64,000 bases of DNA from a virus. Taxonomy: Duplodnaviria > Caudoviricetes. The notes under the pieces are model-generated. The model worked only from the letters and a program-made list of their open reading frames with translations, was not told the DNA's origin and ran no database searches. The DNA is taken from positions 32,001 through 96,000 of the IMG/VR virus record IMGVR_UViG_3300014204_000127; one strand, given 5' to 3'. The stretch's first letter is position 1. Every line of letters begins with the position of its first letter. The translations under genes and the position numbers were made by a program. Below, piece after piece: positions 9,746-19,034 of this stretch.

Positions 9746-10562
9746 TCATATTGTGAATATTTACACAAGCTACTTGTGTCATGTAGTTTTCTAATATATT
9801 TTTGCTATTGCCATTAGCATGTAAAACACATATCTCACTAGTGTACCCTAACTTATGTAACTTTCCATCTTTGTTCTTAACATGTGTTGCGCCTTTTTCA
9901 TGGTTTAGTATCTGTCCAAAATCACCAAAATCGTGATTGCCACTATATATCCATGTATTAAACTCGCCTTTTTCTGAAGTGGTTTTGCCCTGATTGTGCA
10001 AGCAATAACCATTAAAATAAATATGGTCTCGTACTTTCATGCAGTAAACACCACTATTAAGAAGGAGCAGCATTGAATAATTCTTGTCAATAATTTGAGA
10101 ATACTGTGGATGCTGTGATATGGGTAGGCAATCGTCTGCACAAAATATGGCATGTTTATACTCATATTGAGCAGGATTCTTGTAGAACACTGTATCAAAA
10201 GCATCTGAATAGAACAACACTGTGTTTAAATCAAAACCAGATATTTCTTTAAGTCCATATTCTATAAAGAGTTGTATTCCTTTTTGCTTATTTCCATGTA
10301 ATACACCATACTTTGAATTTTCTCTAAAGTCTTTATGCCATGTCATTTCTTCTATAAGAAGCGTTTTAACTCGTGACTTTATATTTGCCAGTATCTTTTC
10401 TGGCACATCGTTGGTCAGAAGAATATGTGCATGGTTTTTAGCATCAAATCCTGTACTTTCAAGTGAAGAAAGCCATCGGAATACAAGCGGAGTATATGAA
10501 CATACTGTAAAAACTTCAATATTTTGAACAGGCTTATCTTGTTTTTCTGTGATTACTTTCAT
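9732..10562 (-). CDS. GT-A fold glycosyltransferase (PLOD GT-domain-like)
   Basis: FYSDAFDTVF, LNSGVY, LHANG. Confidence 0.6.
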   Translation of the reverse strand: MKVITEKQDKPVQNIEVFTVCSYTPLVFRWLSSLESTGFDAKNHAHILLTNDVPEKILANIKSRVKTLLIEEMTWHKDFRENSKYGVLHGNKQKGIQLFIEYGLKEISGFDLNTVLFYSDAFDTVFYKNPAQYEYKHAIFCADDCLPISQHPQYSQIIDKNYSMLLLLNSGVYCMKVRDHIYFNGYCLHNQGKTTSEKGEFNTWIYSGNHDFGDFGQILNHEKGATHVKNKDGKLHKLGYTSEICVLHANGNSKNILENYMTQVACVNIHNMIENS

Positions 10563-10572
10563 AATGTCTTTC

Positions 10573-11076
10573 TTAGTTTTCTATTTCGTTCCAAGAGATT
10601 ATATTAATTAAGTGAATATTTCTATCATAGCCACAAGTATATAAATAGTTTTTCATTGCTTCAATACTCTTGATACTGCCCAGTTTAAAGGACAATGTGG
10701 TATGCCTGCTTGCCACCCTCTGCCCATCAAGAGAACACACCATAAAAGATACATAATATGTATATGTCTTTTGCTCCTTATTTTCAAGATCCCTAAGTGT
10801 TTCAGTCTGTTGAACACCTTTCTTCTGGTTTTCTTCAACATCCTTAATCCACACCAATTCAGCATCCCCATTCACCATTGCCACATAGTTTGAATCAGAA
10901 AAGAGGAACTTGCTTCCTTGTTCTACGGGTGCATATGAATCAATGGCATTCTTGCACTTATAATCAGTTATAATAAGCTCATTAGTAAGATAATAATGCT
11001 TCTTTCCGGTTACTTTCCTTACTGTGGACTTATTGGGAATATCCTTTGCTTTCATTTGTATTTCTATTGTTTTCAT
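10573..11076 (-). CDS. hypothetical protein
   Basis: 167-aa ORF with AAGGA RBS. Confidence 0.6.
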   Translation of the reverse strand: MKTIEIQMKAKDIPNKSTVRKVTGKKHYYLTNELIITDYKCKNAIDSYAPVEQGSKFLFSDSNYVAMVNGDAELVWIKDVEENQKKGVQQTETLRDLENKEQKTYTYYVSFMVCSLDGQRVASRHTTLSFKLGSIKSIEAMKNYLYTCGYDRNIHLINIISWNEIEN

Positions 11077-11091
11077 TTTATTTTCCTTTTC

Positions 11092-11430
11092 TTAATTATA
11101 ATTTTTATCTATTCTAGGGTAACTAACTGATGTCCAATATTCACACCCATCACAATCATATAATCTTCCTCCTTGACTGTCCATATCAAAACAACTTAAT
11201 TTTCCACCACAACACAGACAAATGCCATTGTTAAATCTTTTCTTTTCGGGTCTGTAACCAAAAAAATAGCCGAAAACTGCCCACACTACTACAAAGCCCA
11301 CTAAAAATATTATGCCGTTCAACATTATTTTATTTCCTTTTTTAATTATCAAACCAAAACACCAATCTTGACGTATATCCTCTTTTTTCAATTGCTTCCA
11401 TGCAGGCCATAAGGCAGTCATGGGAAACAT
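11092..11430 (-). CDS. membrane Zn-ribbon hypothetical protein
   Basis: TM helix then CLCC..CDGC; likely starts at internal MLNGII. Confidence 0.55.
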   Translation of the reverse strand: MFPMTALWPAWKQLKKEDIRQDWCFGLIIKKGNKIMLNGIIFLVGFVVVWAVFGYFFGYRPEKKRFNNGICLCCGGKLSCFDMDSQGGRLYDCDGCEYWTSVSYPRIDKNYN

Positions 11431-11860
11431 CGAAACAGCGGGGATGCTCTTGTCCTATAACAATCTTTTCAACTCGTTTAAAACACTCTCTAAGTTCATT
11501 CAAAGTCAGCCAAGAGTGGGTATGCCAATCTGGGTGCGTAACTCGCCTATCGCCTACCATTTTGCTGTACCCCCTTGATATCCAATCGTTTGCGGTTTCC
11601 TCAGTAACATATCCCTCGTCATCACACTCGTCTTTATACACAATATATAGAGTGTTTCCCTGTTTGGCTTGCCATGCAATATCTTCTGGAAGTCCCTTTG
11701 GTTCTGATACAGGTTCATATTCCTTGTAATTTCTTACCCCTGCCATGACTGCAAACATGTCATAATCACGACATAGATAAAAATACTCATGCCCAAAGGA
11801 ACGCCATTCTTCACCTTCTTTTTCTTTGTATTCTATATATGCATGTATGTCGCAACCCAT
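11342..11860 (-). CDS. conserved phage protein (MGCDIH family)
   Basis: MGCDIH...HTHSWLT...RLVFWFDN. Confidence 0.75.
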   Translation of the reverse strand: MGCDIHAYIEYKEKEGEEWRSFGHEYFYLCRDYDMFAVMAGVRNYKEYEPVSEPKGLPEDIAWQAKQGNTLYIVYKDECDDEGYVTEETANDWISRGYSKMVGDRRVTHPDWHTHSWLTLNELRECFKRVEKIVIGQEHPRCFDVSHDCLMACMEAIEKRGYTSRLVFWFDN

Positions 11861-11945
11861 TATAAATCCACCTTTCTATTTTATTTCCTTTAATATATTT
11901 TCAAATATTTCTACTATTTCAACATCTTTTGTCTTACTAAGCCCA

Positions 11946-11974
11946 AGTATAGCATACTTTTTTATATTTTGCAA
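11946..11974 (-). promoter_or_regulatory. sigma70-like promoter
   Basis: TTGCAA-17-TATACT, TGn. Confidence 0.7.
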
Positions 11975-12021
11975 GTGAATATTTTTATTTTTTATCACAA
12001 ATTCATCAATTTTTTCAGATT

Positions 12022-14493
12022 TCATACCAGACCCCCTATTATATAGCTATCTGCTATCTCACCACAGGCATAAACAAGGGCATCAAGGTAGTCAGGTGAT
12101 TTTTCTTTACCTCCCCTACGTTTTTTAAAATCTTTTTTTGCCTCTATTGTAAACTTGTTTTCTGAGGCATTCCGCATAAACTTTATTTCAAGCATCTCAT
12201 CTACAAGTTCTTGGCAATCAGGAAGTTGTATTTTACCATCCCTTAAAAGCTCATACAAATTCCAATAAAGTTCGGCTCTTCTATTTAAAAATCCATCCTT
12301 GAGTGCCCCTCCTATAATAGATTGTATGGGGAGACCTCTATCCAATAATATAGAATCTATATTATTTCCTACTGCATCTATGCGAATTTCCAGAGGTTCA
12401 TACTGTTTATATAGTTCCTCTACCACATCAGCGAGTTCCATTGGGTCTAGTTTCTTGGATTCAAAAATGATTTCTGCCTTAACGCCCTCTGAATCCCCCC
12501 TTGCAAGTACTATAACTGCTCTGTCATCACCATAAAAAGCAGGGTCTACGCCCATAAAGACATTACAGTCTTTGGATGGAACTATGTTTGCTGCAACGGC
12601 TCTTGATACAAGCATCTCCGAATAAAGATTATCAATAACTGCATCACTATCCCAGTTACCATTAATCATTATATCTATGAATTCTTTAGTTTGAATTATT
12701 TTTAGATTATCAATATAGTCTTTGCCTATATGAGGATTATCATAAGAAGTTGATTTAATAAACTTATGCAACGGAGTCGGGTTATCTATCCATGTCTTTT
12801 TAACCCATCCTGGATGGGGATTACATGAACAAATTAGCCGTTGTGGTGGAATGACTGAAGTTCCGGTAGATGGGTCTATTGCGTGTTTACGTCCTATACG
12901 GGCACAAAGGAACTTAAAAACATGTTCAGGCATATCAGTAACTTCATCCACAAACATGGCTGTACGTTCAAATGACTTGATAATAGAACAAAGGTCGGCA
13001 TTTGAAGAGGGTTTAAGTCCACCATAGAAGATTTGACTCCCATTTACAAGGGTTATAACTTTTTTTGATTTATTATGGTTTAGAATTAGCTTGCTTGCGG
13101 CATCATTGTTTAGAATCCATTCTTCCACAGTCTGCATAGTTGATTTTTCAAATGCCTGATTCTCCCAACGATATATACCTACAACATTGTTATTGTATTC
13201 CAAAGCTCTCTGTAACATATCATTAACACCGGCCACAGAATTATGAGTAGGTATAAGGGATTTGGTAGCAAGATACGTCTTTGTAGGGGAATCTACTGCA
13301 ATACACTTTACAGGAACTGACTCGACTTCTTTTATGTCAGTAATGTAATGATATTTGCAAGTTTCCCCCACTTTTTTAGGAAGTCTGTCTAGTTTGCGTT
13401 TAAGTCGGAAAATGGGGAGTGTTGTCCTAAATGTAGTTCTATATCTGTCTTTGCATCTTTTGCCATAAAGTGTAGATTTATTCCTATTTACACCACATTT
13501 TACGCCAATAGACTGAAGCAGAAAAACCAAAGATTCAGTAAGATTTGGCAAAGATGATGTAAATTCTGCCTTTCCTTCCTTGCTTACAGTTCCATCTGTG
13601 TCCATCAATCCTTGAATTAGTGCCAATCTTTGTTCGTAAGAACCAAATAAATATTCTGTAGGTACATGTTTATTATTCAAAACACCTATTTCTTTTAATC
13701 TTGGTTTAATTCCATCTATAGAAAATACATATGGCTGGTTCATCTGTCTCCAGGGAAGGTTCTCCTCCTTTGCCACATCCTTTATTGTTTGAACATCTGG
13801 GTAATCACAAGCAATATAATTAGTATCCATAGACCCATTACCAAGAAAAACCCCAAGAGCATATGGAGATACCTTGTACTTCTTTTCTGTAAATTGTAGA
13901 GGCTTTGTAACAGGAATAGTATAATTGACTATGGGGGAATACTTTGGTCTAAATACAAGTTTAGTTTTAAATAATTCTTCGGTGGTTAGTACCCGCAATT
14001 CTGGTTTATCAAGGTATGTATATTCCCTTTCACTATTCATTTTTGCTAGAAACGGCTTTGCCCCTGTGCCCCTACTGGGCCTGTTAGCACGTCTTTTGGC
14101 TCTATATTCCTCAGACCGCTTAGCTAATTTTATTCTATCCTTATATGAATAAACTGCCCAAAGATGTTCAGCATCTACTGTAATTGTTTCCCCTGTATCA
14201 AATGTTACTTCATAGCACTTATGGTTATACATGTGGTCAGTACATGTTAATACCTGTACTAGCATGCCCTCTGTGTCGAACACAAAGTCACCCGCTTCAA
14301 TATCACCTAGTGTTCTAAACCCATGTGGCGTAATAATTGGTGTGTCTAGTTTGCTGCCTTTGCCCCCGGCGATGGACCCGCCAAATAGAATAAATGGCGA
14401 ATTACATGTATGCAGTTCCATTTGCTTTTCAGTAGGCACATATTCTAATTTAATATCCTGGGGTGCGTTTTTGTTTTTATTTGTCTTTTCCAT
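12022..14493 (-). CDS. terL: terminase large subunit, intein-containing
   Basis: Walker A GGSIAGGK|S, Walker B MFVDE, SCNP coupling motif, nuclease GVDPAFYGDD and SPDYLDAL. Confidence 0.93.
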   Translation of the reverse strand: MEKTNKNKNAPQDIKLEYVPTEKQMELHTCNSPFILFGGSIAGGKGSKLDTPIITPHGFRTLGDIEAGDFVFDTEGMLVQVLTCTDHMYNHKCYEVTFDTGETITVDAEHLWAVYSYKDRIKLAKRSEEYRAKRRANRPSRGTGAKPFLAKMNSEREYTYLDKPELRVLTTEELFKTKLVFRPKYSPIVNYTIPVTKPLQFTEKKYKVSPYALGVFLGNGSMDTNYIACDYPDVQTIKDVAKEENLPWRQMNQPYVFSIDGIKPRLKEIGVLNNKHVPTEYLFGSYEQRLALIQGLMDTDGTVSKEGKAEFTSSLPNLTESLVFLLQSIGVKCGVNRNKSTLYGKRCKDRYRTTFRTTLPIFRLKRKLDRLPKKVGETCKYHYITDIKEVESVPVKCIAVDSPTKTYLATKSLIPTHNSVAGVNDMLQRALEYNNNVVGIYRWENQAFEKSTMQTVEEWILNNDAASKLILNHNKSKKVITLVNGSQIFYGGLKPSSNADLCSIIKSFERTAMFVDEVTDMPEHVFKFLCARIGRKHAIDPSTGTSVIPPQRLICSCNPHPGWVKKTWIDNPTPLHKFIKSTSYDNPHIGKDYIDNLKIIQTKEFIDIMINGNWDSDAVIDNLYSEMLVSRAVAANIVPSKDCNVFMGVDPAFYGDDRAVIVLARGDSEGVKAEIIFESKKLDPMELADVVEELYKQYEPLEIRIDAVGNNIDSILLDRGLPIQSIIGGALKDGFLNRRAELYWNLYELLRDGKIQLPDCQELVDEMLEIKFMRNASENKFTIEAKKDFKKRRGGKEKSPDYLDALVYACGEIADSYIIGGLV
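13240..14358 (-). mobile_element. class-3-type intein with LAGLIDADG endonuclease (373 aa) in the TerL P-loop
   Basis: begins GSKLDTP; WCT signature (HLW, VKCIAVD, PTHN); Ser+1; LGVFLGNG and LIQGLMDTDG. Confidence 0.88.
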
Positions 14494-14518
14494 AATACAT
14501 TATACACCAAACCAAGTC

Positions 14519-14556
14519 AAATTCTGTAAAAATTCTATAAAAATTCTATAAAAATT
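14519..14556. repeat. 11-bp tandem repeat upstream of terL
   Basis: aaattctgtaa aaattctataa aaattctataa aaatt. Confidence 0.6.
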
Positions 14557-14579
14557 ATGGAATAATTAAAAAATATTAA

Positions 14580-14972
14580 CTATTCCACAAACACCTTTTT
14601 ACCAGAATAATCATAGACAAATAGACACTTCTTAGACACTTTTGCTATGTCTATTGTATGTCTAGTTCCTTTAGATATTCCATTCCAAAATGCTATAATT
14701 ATATCACTGTTTTCAACAATAGCCACATTTCTTCTATATCCTGCTGACTTACCATATTTATCCCAATTGGCTTTAAAAATAAGTGTTTTGGTTCCAATAT
14801 CATTTGCCAACTGTTCTGCAAGGCTATCAGCACCCTTTGCACCCCCTGAGACAATAGTAAGACCTTTACAGTCCCACTTATTTTCTTCCACAAGATTGGC
14901 AAAAGTTGATACAAGAATGTCATAATTATTGAAATCCCTGCCACCTACTATGCCTATATTCATTTTACCCAC
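14580..14972 (-). CDS. SLOG/YspA (DUF2493-like) protein
   Basis: IVGGRDF, VSGGAKGAD, AGYRRN, SKGT. Confidence 0.88.
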   Translation of the reverse strand: MGKMNIGIVGGRDFNNYDILVSTFANLVEENKWDCKGLTIVSGGAKGADSLAEQLANDIGTKTLIFKANWDKYGKSAGYRRNVAIVENSDIIIAFWNGISKGTRHTIDIAKVSKKCLFVYDYSGKKVFVE

Positions 14973-15322
14973 TTCCTAATATATCCATAATCTGTTTCAT
15001 CCAGTCTAATAGTTAAGGCACGTCTAGATAATAGGTATATATCCTCTATAGTCCCTATTGTATTCCAATACCACATCATATTTATTCCCTCATATACTGC
15101 ACCGTTGTCTCTAATATCGGCAAGCATTTCATTGAGTGATTTATATGGAGTCTCAAAATAGAAGAAAGGAAATGTCTTTTTAAAACAAATCCAGTACCAT
15201 TTCCTTTTATTAAAATATTCCATTCTTTTGGCTTTTCTTTTGCGATACCAATATTTTAGAGCTTCAAAGGCAGCCTTCCTTACTACTTTACTGTCCATTG
15301 TTATTTTCATTTTATAATGCAC
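14960..15322 (-). CDS. hypothetical protein
   Basis: 120-aa ORF. Confidence 0.55.
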   Translation of the reverse strand: MHYKMKITMDSKVVRKAAFEALKYWYRKRKAKRMEYFNKRKWYWICFKKTFPFFYFETPYKSLNEMLADIRDNGAVYEGINMMWYWNTIGTIEDIYLLSRRALTIRLDETDYGYIRKWVK

Positions 15323-15345
15323 CTCTTTTCATAACTTTATATTCC

Positions 15346-15489
15346 TCAATATGTTACAACATAGCTTATTATAGATGCCGCAAACCAATAAACAGACCTT
15401 CGCCAATCAGTTGCAACATAAAATATACCACTGCATAGCATCAGTGCCATGATAATAGTTGGAAATAGTTTATTTAGTGGAATTAGCAT
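15346..15489 (-). CDS. small membrane protein (not in ORF track)
   Basis: 47 aa, MLIPLNKLFPTII...YWFAASIISYVVTY; fills the gap. Confidence 0.55.
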   Translation of the reverse strand: MLIPLNKLFPTIIMALMLCSGIFYVATDWRRSVYWFAASIISYVVTY

Positions 15490-15857
15490 TATTTAACCAC
15501 TTTTGTGCCAAATGGGGTAACATAATCAGAAATTTTAATGGGCTCGGATTCTATTCTGTCAAACACCACATTTGCAGGAATATAGTAACTTGAATTAGTG
15601 TCAATTGTGTAAACAAGGCATTCTTTTCCCCTATAAAGGGATACGGTTTGCTTTGTACAAGATATGTTTGAAAGCAAATAAGAAGCTGTTTTATCTGAAT
15701 AAGACATTGTTATATCTTTTGTATTAAGGGCAACACCATATTTTCCATTTGGTTTGCTATCATCCGTTGGGAATAACCATATACAACATATCATTGCCAT
15801 TAGGCAAATAAGAATCGCCGTTTCTCTAACTGTAAACCCACTCTTCTTTTTAATCAT
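15489..15857 (-). CDS. membrane-anchored hypothetical protein
   Basis: KKSGFTVRE plus hydrophobic helix (weakly prepilin-like). Confidence 0.55.
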   Translation of the reverse strand: MIKKKSGFTVRETAILICLMAMICCIWLFPTDDSKPNGKYGVALNTKDITMSYSDKTASYLLSNISCTKQTVSLYRGKECLVYTIDTNSSYYIPANVVFDRIESEPIKISDYVTPFGTKVVK

Positions 15858-15884
15858 TTTTGTTTTCCTTTTTATATAATAAAC

Positions 15885-16094
15885 TCACAACCTAATTCCC
15901 TCCATACCACATGAGGGACAATAAACAAATGTATAGGTGTGTCCACCTATTTGTATATAACTTATGGACGGGAAAGATACCATTTCCTTGCCGCACCTGT
16001 CACACAGCACCAATGCACTTGTGGAGTTTGCTGGCAATGGGATGCTTTTTCTGTGAGGTAGAAATGTGCAATTATTTTCAGAAAGTTTTAACAC
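15885..16094 (-). CDS. Zn-ribbon hypothetical protein
   Basis: CDRC..CPSC. Confidence 0.55.
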   Translation of the reverse strand: MLKLSENNCTFLPHRKSIPLPANSTSALVLCDRCGKEMVSFPSISYIQIGGHTYTFVYCPSCGMEGIRL

Positions 16095-16246
16095 TTATTC
16101 TATTTCCTTATTAGCATCATTTTTAAACCTTTTTCTACTCTTTTTAGCATCTTTTTTCCAAACTGGAACCACTCTGGTTTTTAAATCCAGTCTTTTTGTT
16201 TTAAGTCTATGCAGATTTTTAAGTGTTCTTGGCCTCATAATACATC

Positions 16247-16489
16247 CTACCAGTTAGCATCATCCTGCCATCCATTTGACAATTTCATTGCCACAATCCA
16301 TGTTATGCCTATCATTATTGCCAAAATAAACATGGGGAGTACCAAAAGAGAACTTAAAATTACCATAACCCTGTCCCCCGATGTCCATTGTTCTGACAAG
16401 CATTTAATCCAGTTTTTCATAAGTATATATGAAACTGGAAGCCAAATCAAGTAAATAATCAACCAAAATATAACAGGATTTTCTATCAT
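16247..16489 (-). CDS. membrane protein
   Basis: two TM helices. Confidence 0.6.
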   Translation of the reverse strand: MIENPVIFWLIIYLIWLPVSYILMKNWIKCLSEQWTSGDRVMVILSSLLVLPMFILAIMIGITWIVAMKLSNGWQDDANW

Positions 16490-16491
16490 TT

Positions 16492-16983
16492 TTAATCTCC
16501 TATTTTATAATAATTTTCTACTGCTTTATTTGCCACATATATTCTTTTTTGCCATTCTTTTTCGGATATTCCAACACCTTCGTGTCCATGATATCCGTCT
16601 CTATTGGCATCAAGACCATCCAATAGTCCATCAAGTACAGTATAGAGACTGTTGCATAGGGATTTCCAGTCAACATCCTGTCTGAGGACACCCTCTATGG
16701 TTTTCATGCTGCATCTCGCCCACCACCAAAGACTTTTAGAACTCCATTGTATGTCATCTTTATGTAATAAAAGGAATAATCCACGTTCTTTAGATATCTT
16801 TTTAACACGTCTAAACCCACTATATCTAAATCTCTCCCCATCATCGTCTAGCACAATGTGTCTATCATTTTCCATTCCCTCGTAGAATCCCACACACCAT
16901 TGGTCTTGAGGGTCGCCATCAGGGTATTTTGTTGCCAAAACATAATCACCTTTATTTAGTGTTTTATTCATATTATTCCTCAA
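16492..16983 (-). CDS. hypothetical protein
   Basis: GDYVLATKY.DGDP N-terminal motif. Confidence 0.65.
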   Translation of the reverse strand: MRNNMNKTLNKGDYVLATKYPDGDPQDQWCVGFYEGMENDRHIVLDDDGERFRYSGFRRVKKISKERGLFLLLHKDDIQWSSKSLWWWARCSMKTIEGVLRQDVDWKSLCNSLYTVLDGLLDGLDANRDGYHGHEGVGISEKEWQKRIYVANKAVENYYKIGD

Positions 16984-17444
16984 ATCTCATCCAAATTAAT
17001 TCTATTAAGAATAATTTCTTTTATTTTATCAGGAGTACTTTCCTGTATAATATGAATAAACATCCTACTGTCCTTTATTTTTCTCTGATATTTAGGATGC
17101 AAATCATCATAACCCATTGTGGTAAAATCTTTTAGGTAGTCTAAATCAGTCAATTTTAGAGACTTGTCCACAATAAAATGCTTAATGGCGGGCAGAACGT
17201 GTGATGCATATACGCTAATGCATTCCCATTTATTGTCTTTTTCCATAAAATAAAGGGGCCTGTTGGGAATATCATGTACCATCATACGTTCTATTACACG
17301 AGATTCGACACCAGCAACCATTTCAGTATTTGCATACTCCTTGTCCTCAAATATAAACCTATTGGCATTCATTAGGGCGAGTATATTGTATACCGACATC
17401 TCTTCGATAAAAATTCCCAAATTTTCCAAGTTCTCTATATTCAT
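16980..17444 (-). CDS. hypothetical protein
   Basis: starts 9 nt after a promoter -10. Confidence 0.65.
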   Translation of the reverse strand: MNIENLENLGIFIEEMSVYNILALMNANRFIFEDKEYANTEMVAGVESRVIERMMVHDIPNRPLYFMEKDNKWECISVYASHVLPAIKHFIVDKSLKLTDLDYLKDFTTMGYDDLHPKYQRKIKDSRMFIHIIQESTPDKIKEIILNRINLDEI

Positions 17445-17453
17445 AATACAAGC

Positions 17454-17482
17454 ATATTACCACAAATAATTAGCAATGTCAA
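17454..17482 (-). promoter_or_regulatory. sigma70-like promoter
   Basis: TTGACA-17-TAATAT, TGn. Confidence 0.72.
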
Positions 17483-17600
17483 GATAAAAGTTGCCTAATT
17501 TTATTTAAAAGAACAGTATCCTCATTTTCTCGATATTCACACCTTATTACGTTAGATAGATTGCCATACTGCATTTCAAGGCATTCTATCATAAGTCCCT

Positions 17601-17628
17601 ATATTATCATAAAATTTTAATAAGTCAA
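17601..17628 (-). promoter_or_regulatory. sigma70-like promoter (ahead of a 37-aa ORF 17479..17592)
   Basis: TTGACT-16-TAATAT, TGn; ATG 8 nt downstream. Confidence 0.62.
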
Positions 17629-17704
17629 GATAAATACTTTAAAATAGAATAAAAAATTTATTATTTTTATATCTACTTAGTATATAATATATTAAGGAGA
17701 TGAT

Positions 17705-18904
17705 ATGCAAGATATGGACAATATAAATAAAAACGCGGACAAAAAATATACCCCCTACACCTATTTTATTGGGTGGTCTACGATGAATAAATGGTACTAT
17801 GGTGTTAGGTACTCTAAGAGAACTAAATGTATCTATTCATCTGGATGCCATCCTGATGATTTATGGGTAACTTATTTTACATCCTCCAAAGAGGTTAAAA
17901 ACTATATAAGGACATATGGGCACCCCGATATAATAAAAATAAGAAAAACATTCACTACCGCAAAAAAAGCCATGAAGTGGGAAAGAACTGTTCTTCATCG
18001 GATAGATGCCAAGAACAGAGAAGACTTTTTAAACAAATCCAATGGGGTTGTCACCTCCTATGATAAAGAACATTGGATAAAAAAAGCTAGAGATAATAGA
18101 AGAAAATGGGAAAACTTGTCAGAAGAAGAGAAAGAAAAGATAAGAAGAGAGCGTTCAGAAAGAACCATAAATGCATGGAAAAATATGAATCCTGAAAAAA
18201 GAATGCAGATTAAAAAGGAAATTGATGAAAAAAGAAAAAAACGGAGGGGGTTACTGACAGAAGAAGACCTTTTAAAAACAAAAAGAAAAAAACAAGAAGC
18301 ATGGGATAGGGATGGAAAAAGAGAGATACATTCTCTAAAGATGAAAGAAATAGGGAAGAAGTTGGAGGCCAAAAAAACAGAGAAGCAAAAGCAGGAATTT
18401 AAATTGATATGTAAAAAAGCATATGAAAACATAACAGATGAAAGAAAAAAAGAGATAAGTGAAAAAAGGAGCAAAACTTTAAAAGAATGGCATAAAAACA
18501 TGCCCGAAGAAAAGAAGAGAGAAAGAATAGAAAAAATGAAAAAATATAAAGCGGAACACCCCCGCAGAACCATGTACAAGGAAGAAAATAATAAAATAAT
18601 CATAAAAAGGGTATTAAAAGAACAAGTAGAAGAATATCTAAAAAATGGGTGGATTTTGGGAATAAAAAGACCCAACGCCAAACCGGTGAGTATGGAACAA
18701 CTAAGGAGTATGGGACTAAAAGGGGGAGGGGTGCAAAGGGATAAAGCAATAAAAAGACATGAGGAATACTTTGCAATTTTTATACAAAATGACAAGGACT
18801 TTAAAAAATTTAAAGATATTTCTGGATATAAGCAACCGTGGAACTATTTTAAGAACAATTTATTAAAATATAAAACATGTTCCGAGGAAGACTTACTATC
18901 ATAG
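17705..18904 (+). CDS. free-standing Seg/GIY-YIG-like homing endonuclease
   Basis: YTY..KWYYGVR..YFTSS N-terminal nuclease motif, long basic helical tail; own TATAAT (17683) and AAGGAG RBS; only convincing plus-strand gene. Confidence 0.75.
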   Translation: MQDMDNINKNADKKYTPYTYFIGWSTMNKWYYGVRYSKRTKCIYSSGCHPDDLWVTYFTSSKEVKNYIRTYGHPDIIKIRKTFTTAKKAMKWERTVLHRIDAKNREDFLNKSNGVVTSYDKEHWIKKARDNRRKWENLSEEEKEKIRRERSERTINAWKNMNPEKRMQIKKEIDEKRKKRRGLLTEEDLLKTKRKKQEAWDRDGKREIHSLKMKEIGKKLEAKKTEKQKQEFKLICKKAYENITDERKKEISEKRSKTLKEWHKNMPEEKKRERIEKMKKYKAEHPRRTMYKEENNKIIIKRVLKEQVEEYLKNGWILGIKRPNAKPVSMEQLRSMGLKGGGVQRDKAIKRHEEYFAIFIQNDKDFKKFKDISGYKQPWNYFKNNLLKYKTCSEEDLLS

Positions 18905-19029
18905 TCTGATTCCTCTGTATTACAGCCATATGCCATACTGCCCATTATTGTGGCATAATGCACGTTATCCACAAGGAACTTTGGAGGATGTATCTTATTT
19001 TCATTTTGTAGATTTTTAAGTAGTTTCAT
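18844..19029 (-). pseudogene. truncated pol-beta-superfamily (RlaP-like) nucleotidyltransferase N-terminus
   Basis: IMGSMAYG...SDYD motif; resemblance stops where the endonuclease gene ends. Confidence 0.75.
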
Positions 19030-19034
19030 GTAAT

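Noticed and set aside
15489-15857. Type IV prepilin
   Set aside because: The GFTVRE motif is imperfect and there are no other pilus genes
18058-18795. 245-aa hydrophobic minus-strand ORF
   Set aside because: Antisense of the Lys/Glu-rich endonuclease gene; the Phe/Ser/Leu bias is an artefact
17479-18904. Group I intron around the endonuclease
   Set aside because: No downstream exon of the nucleotidyltransferase and no recognisable P/Q/R/S elements; flanks are ordinary promoters
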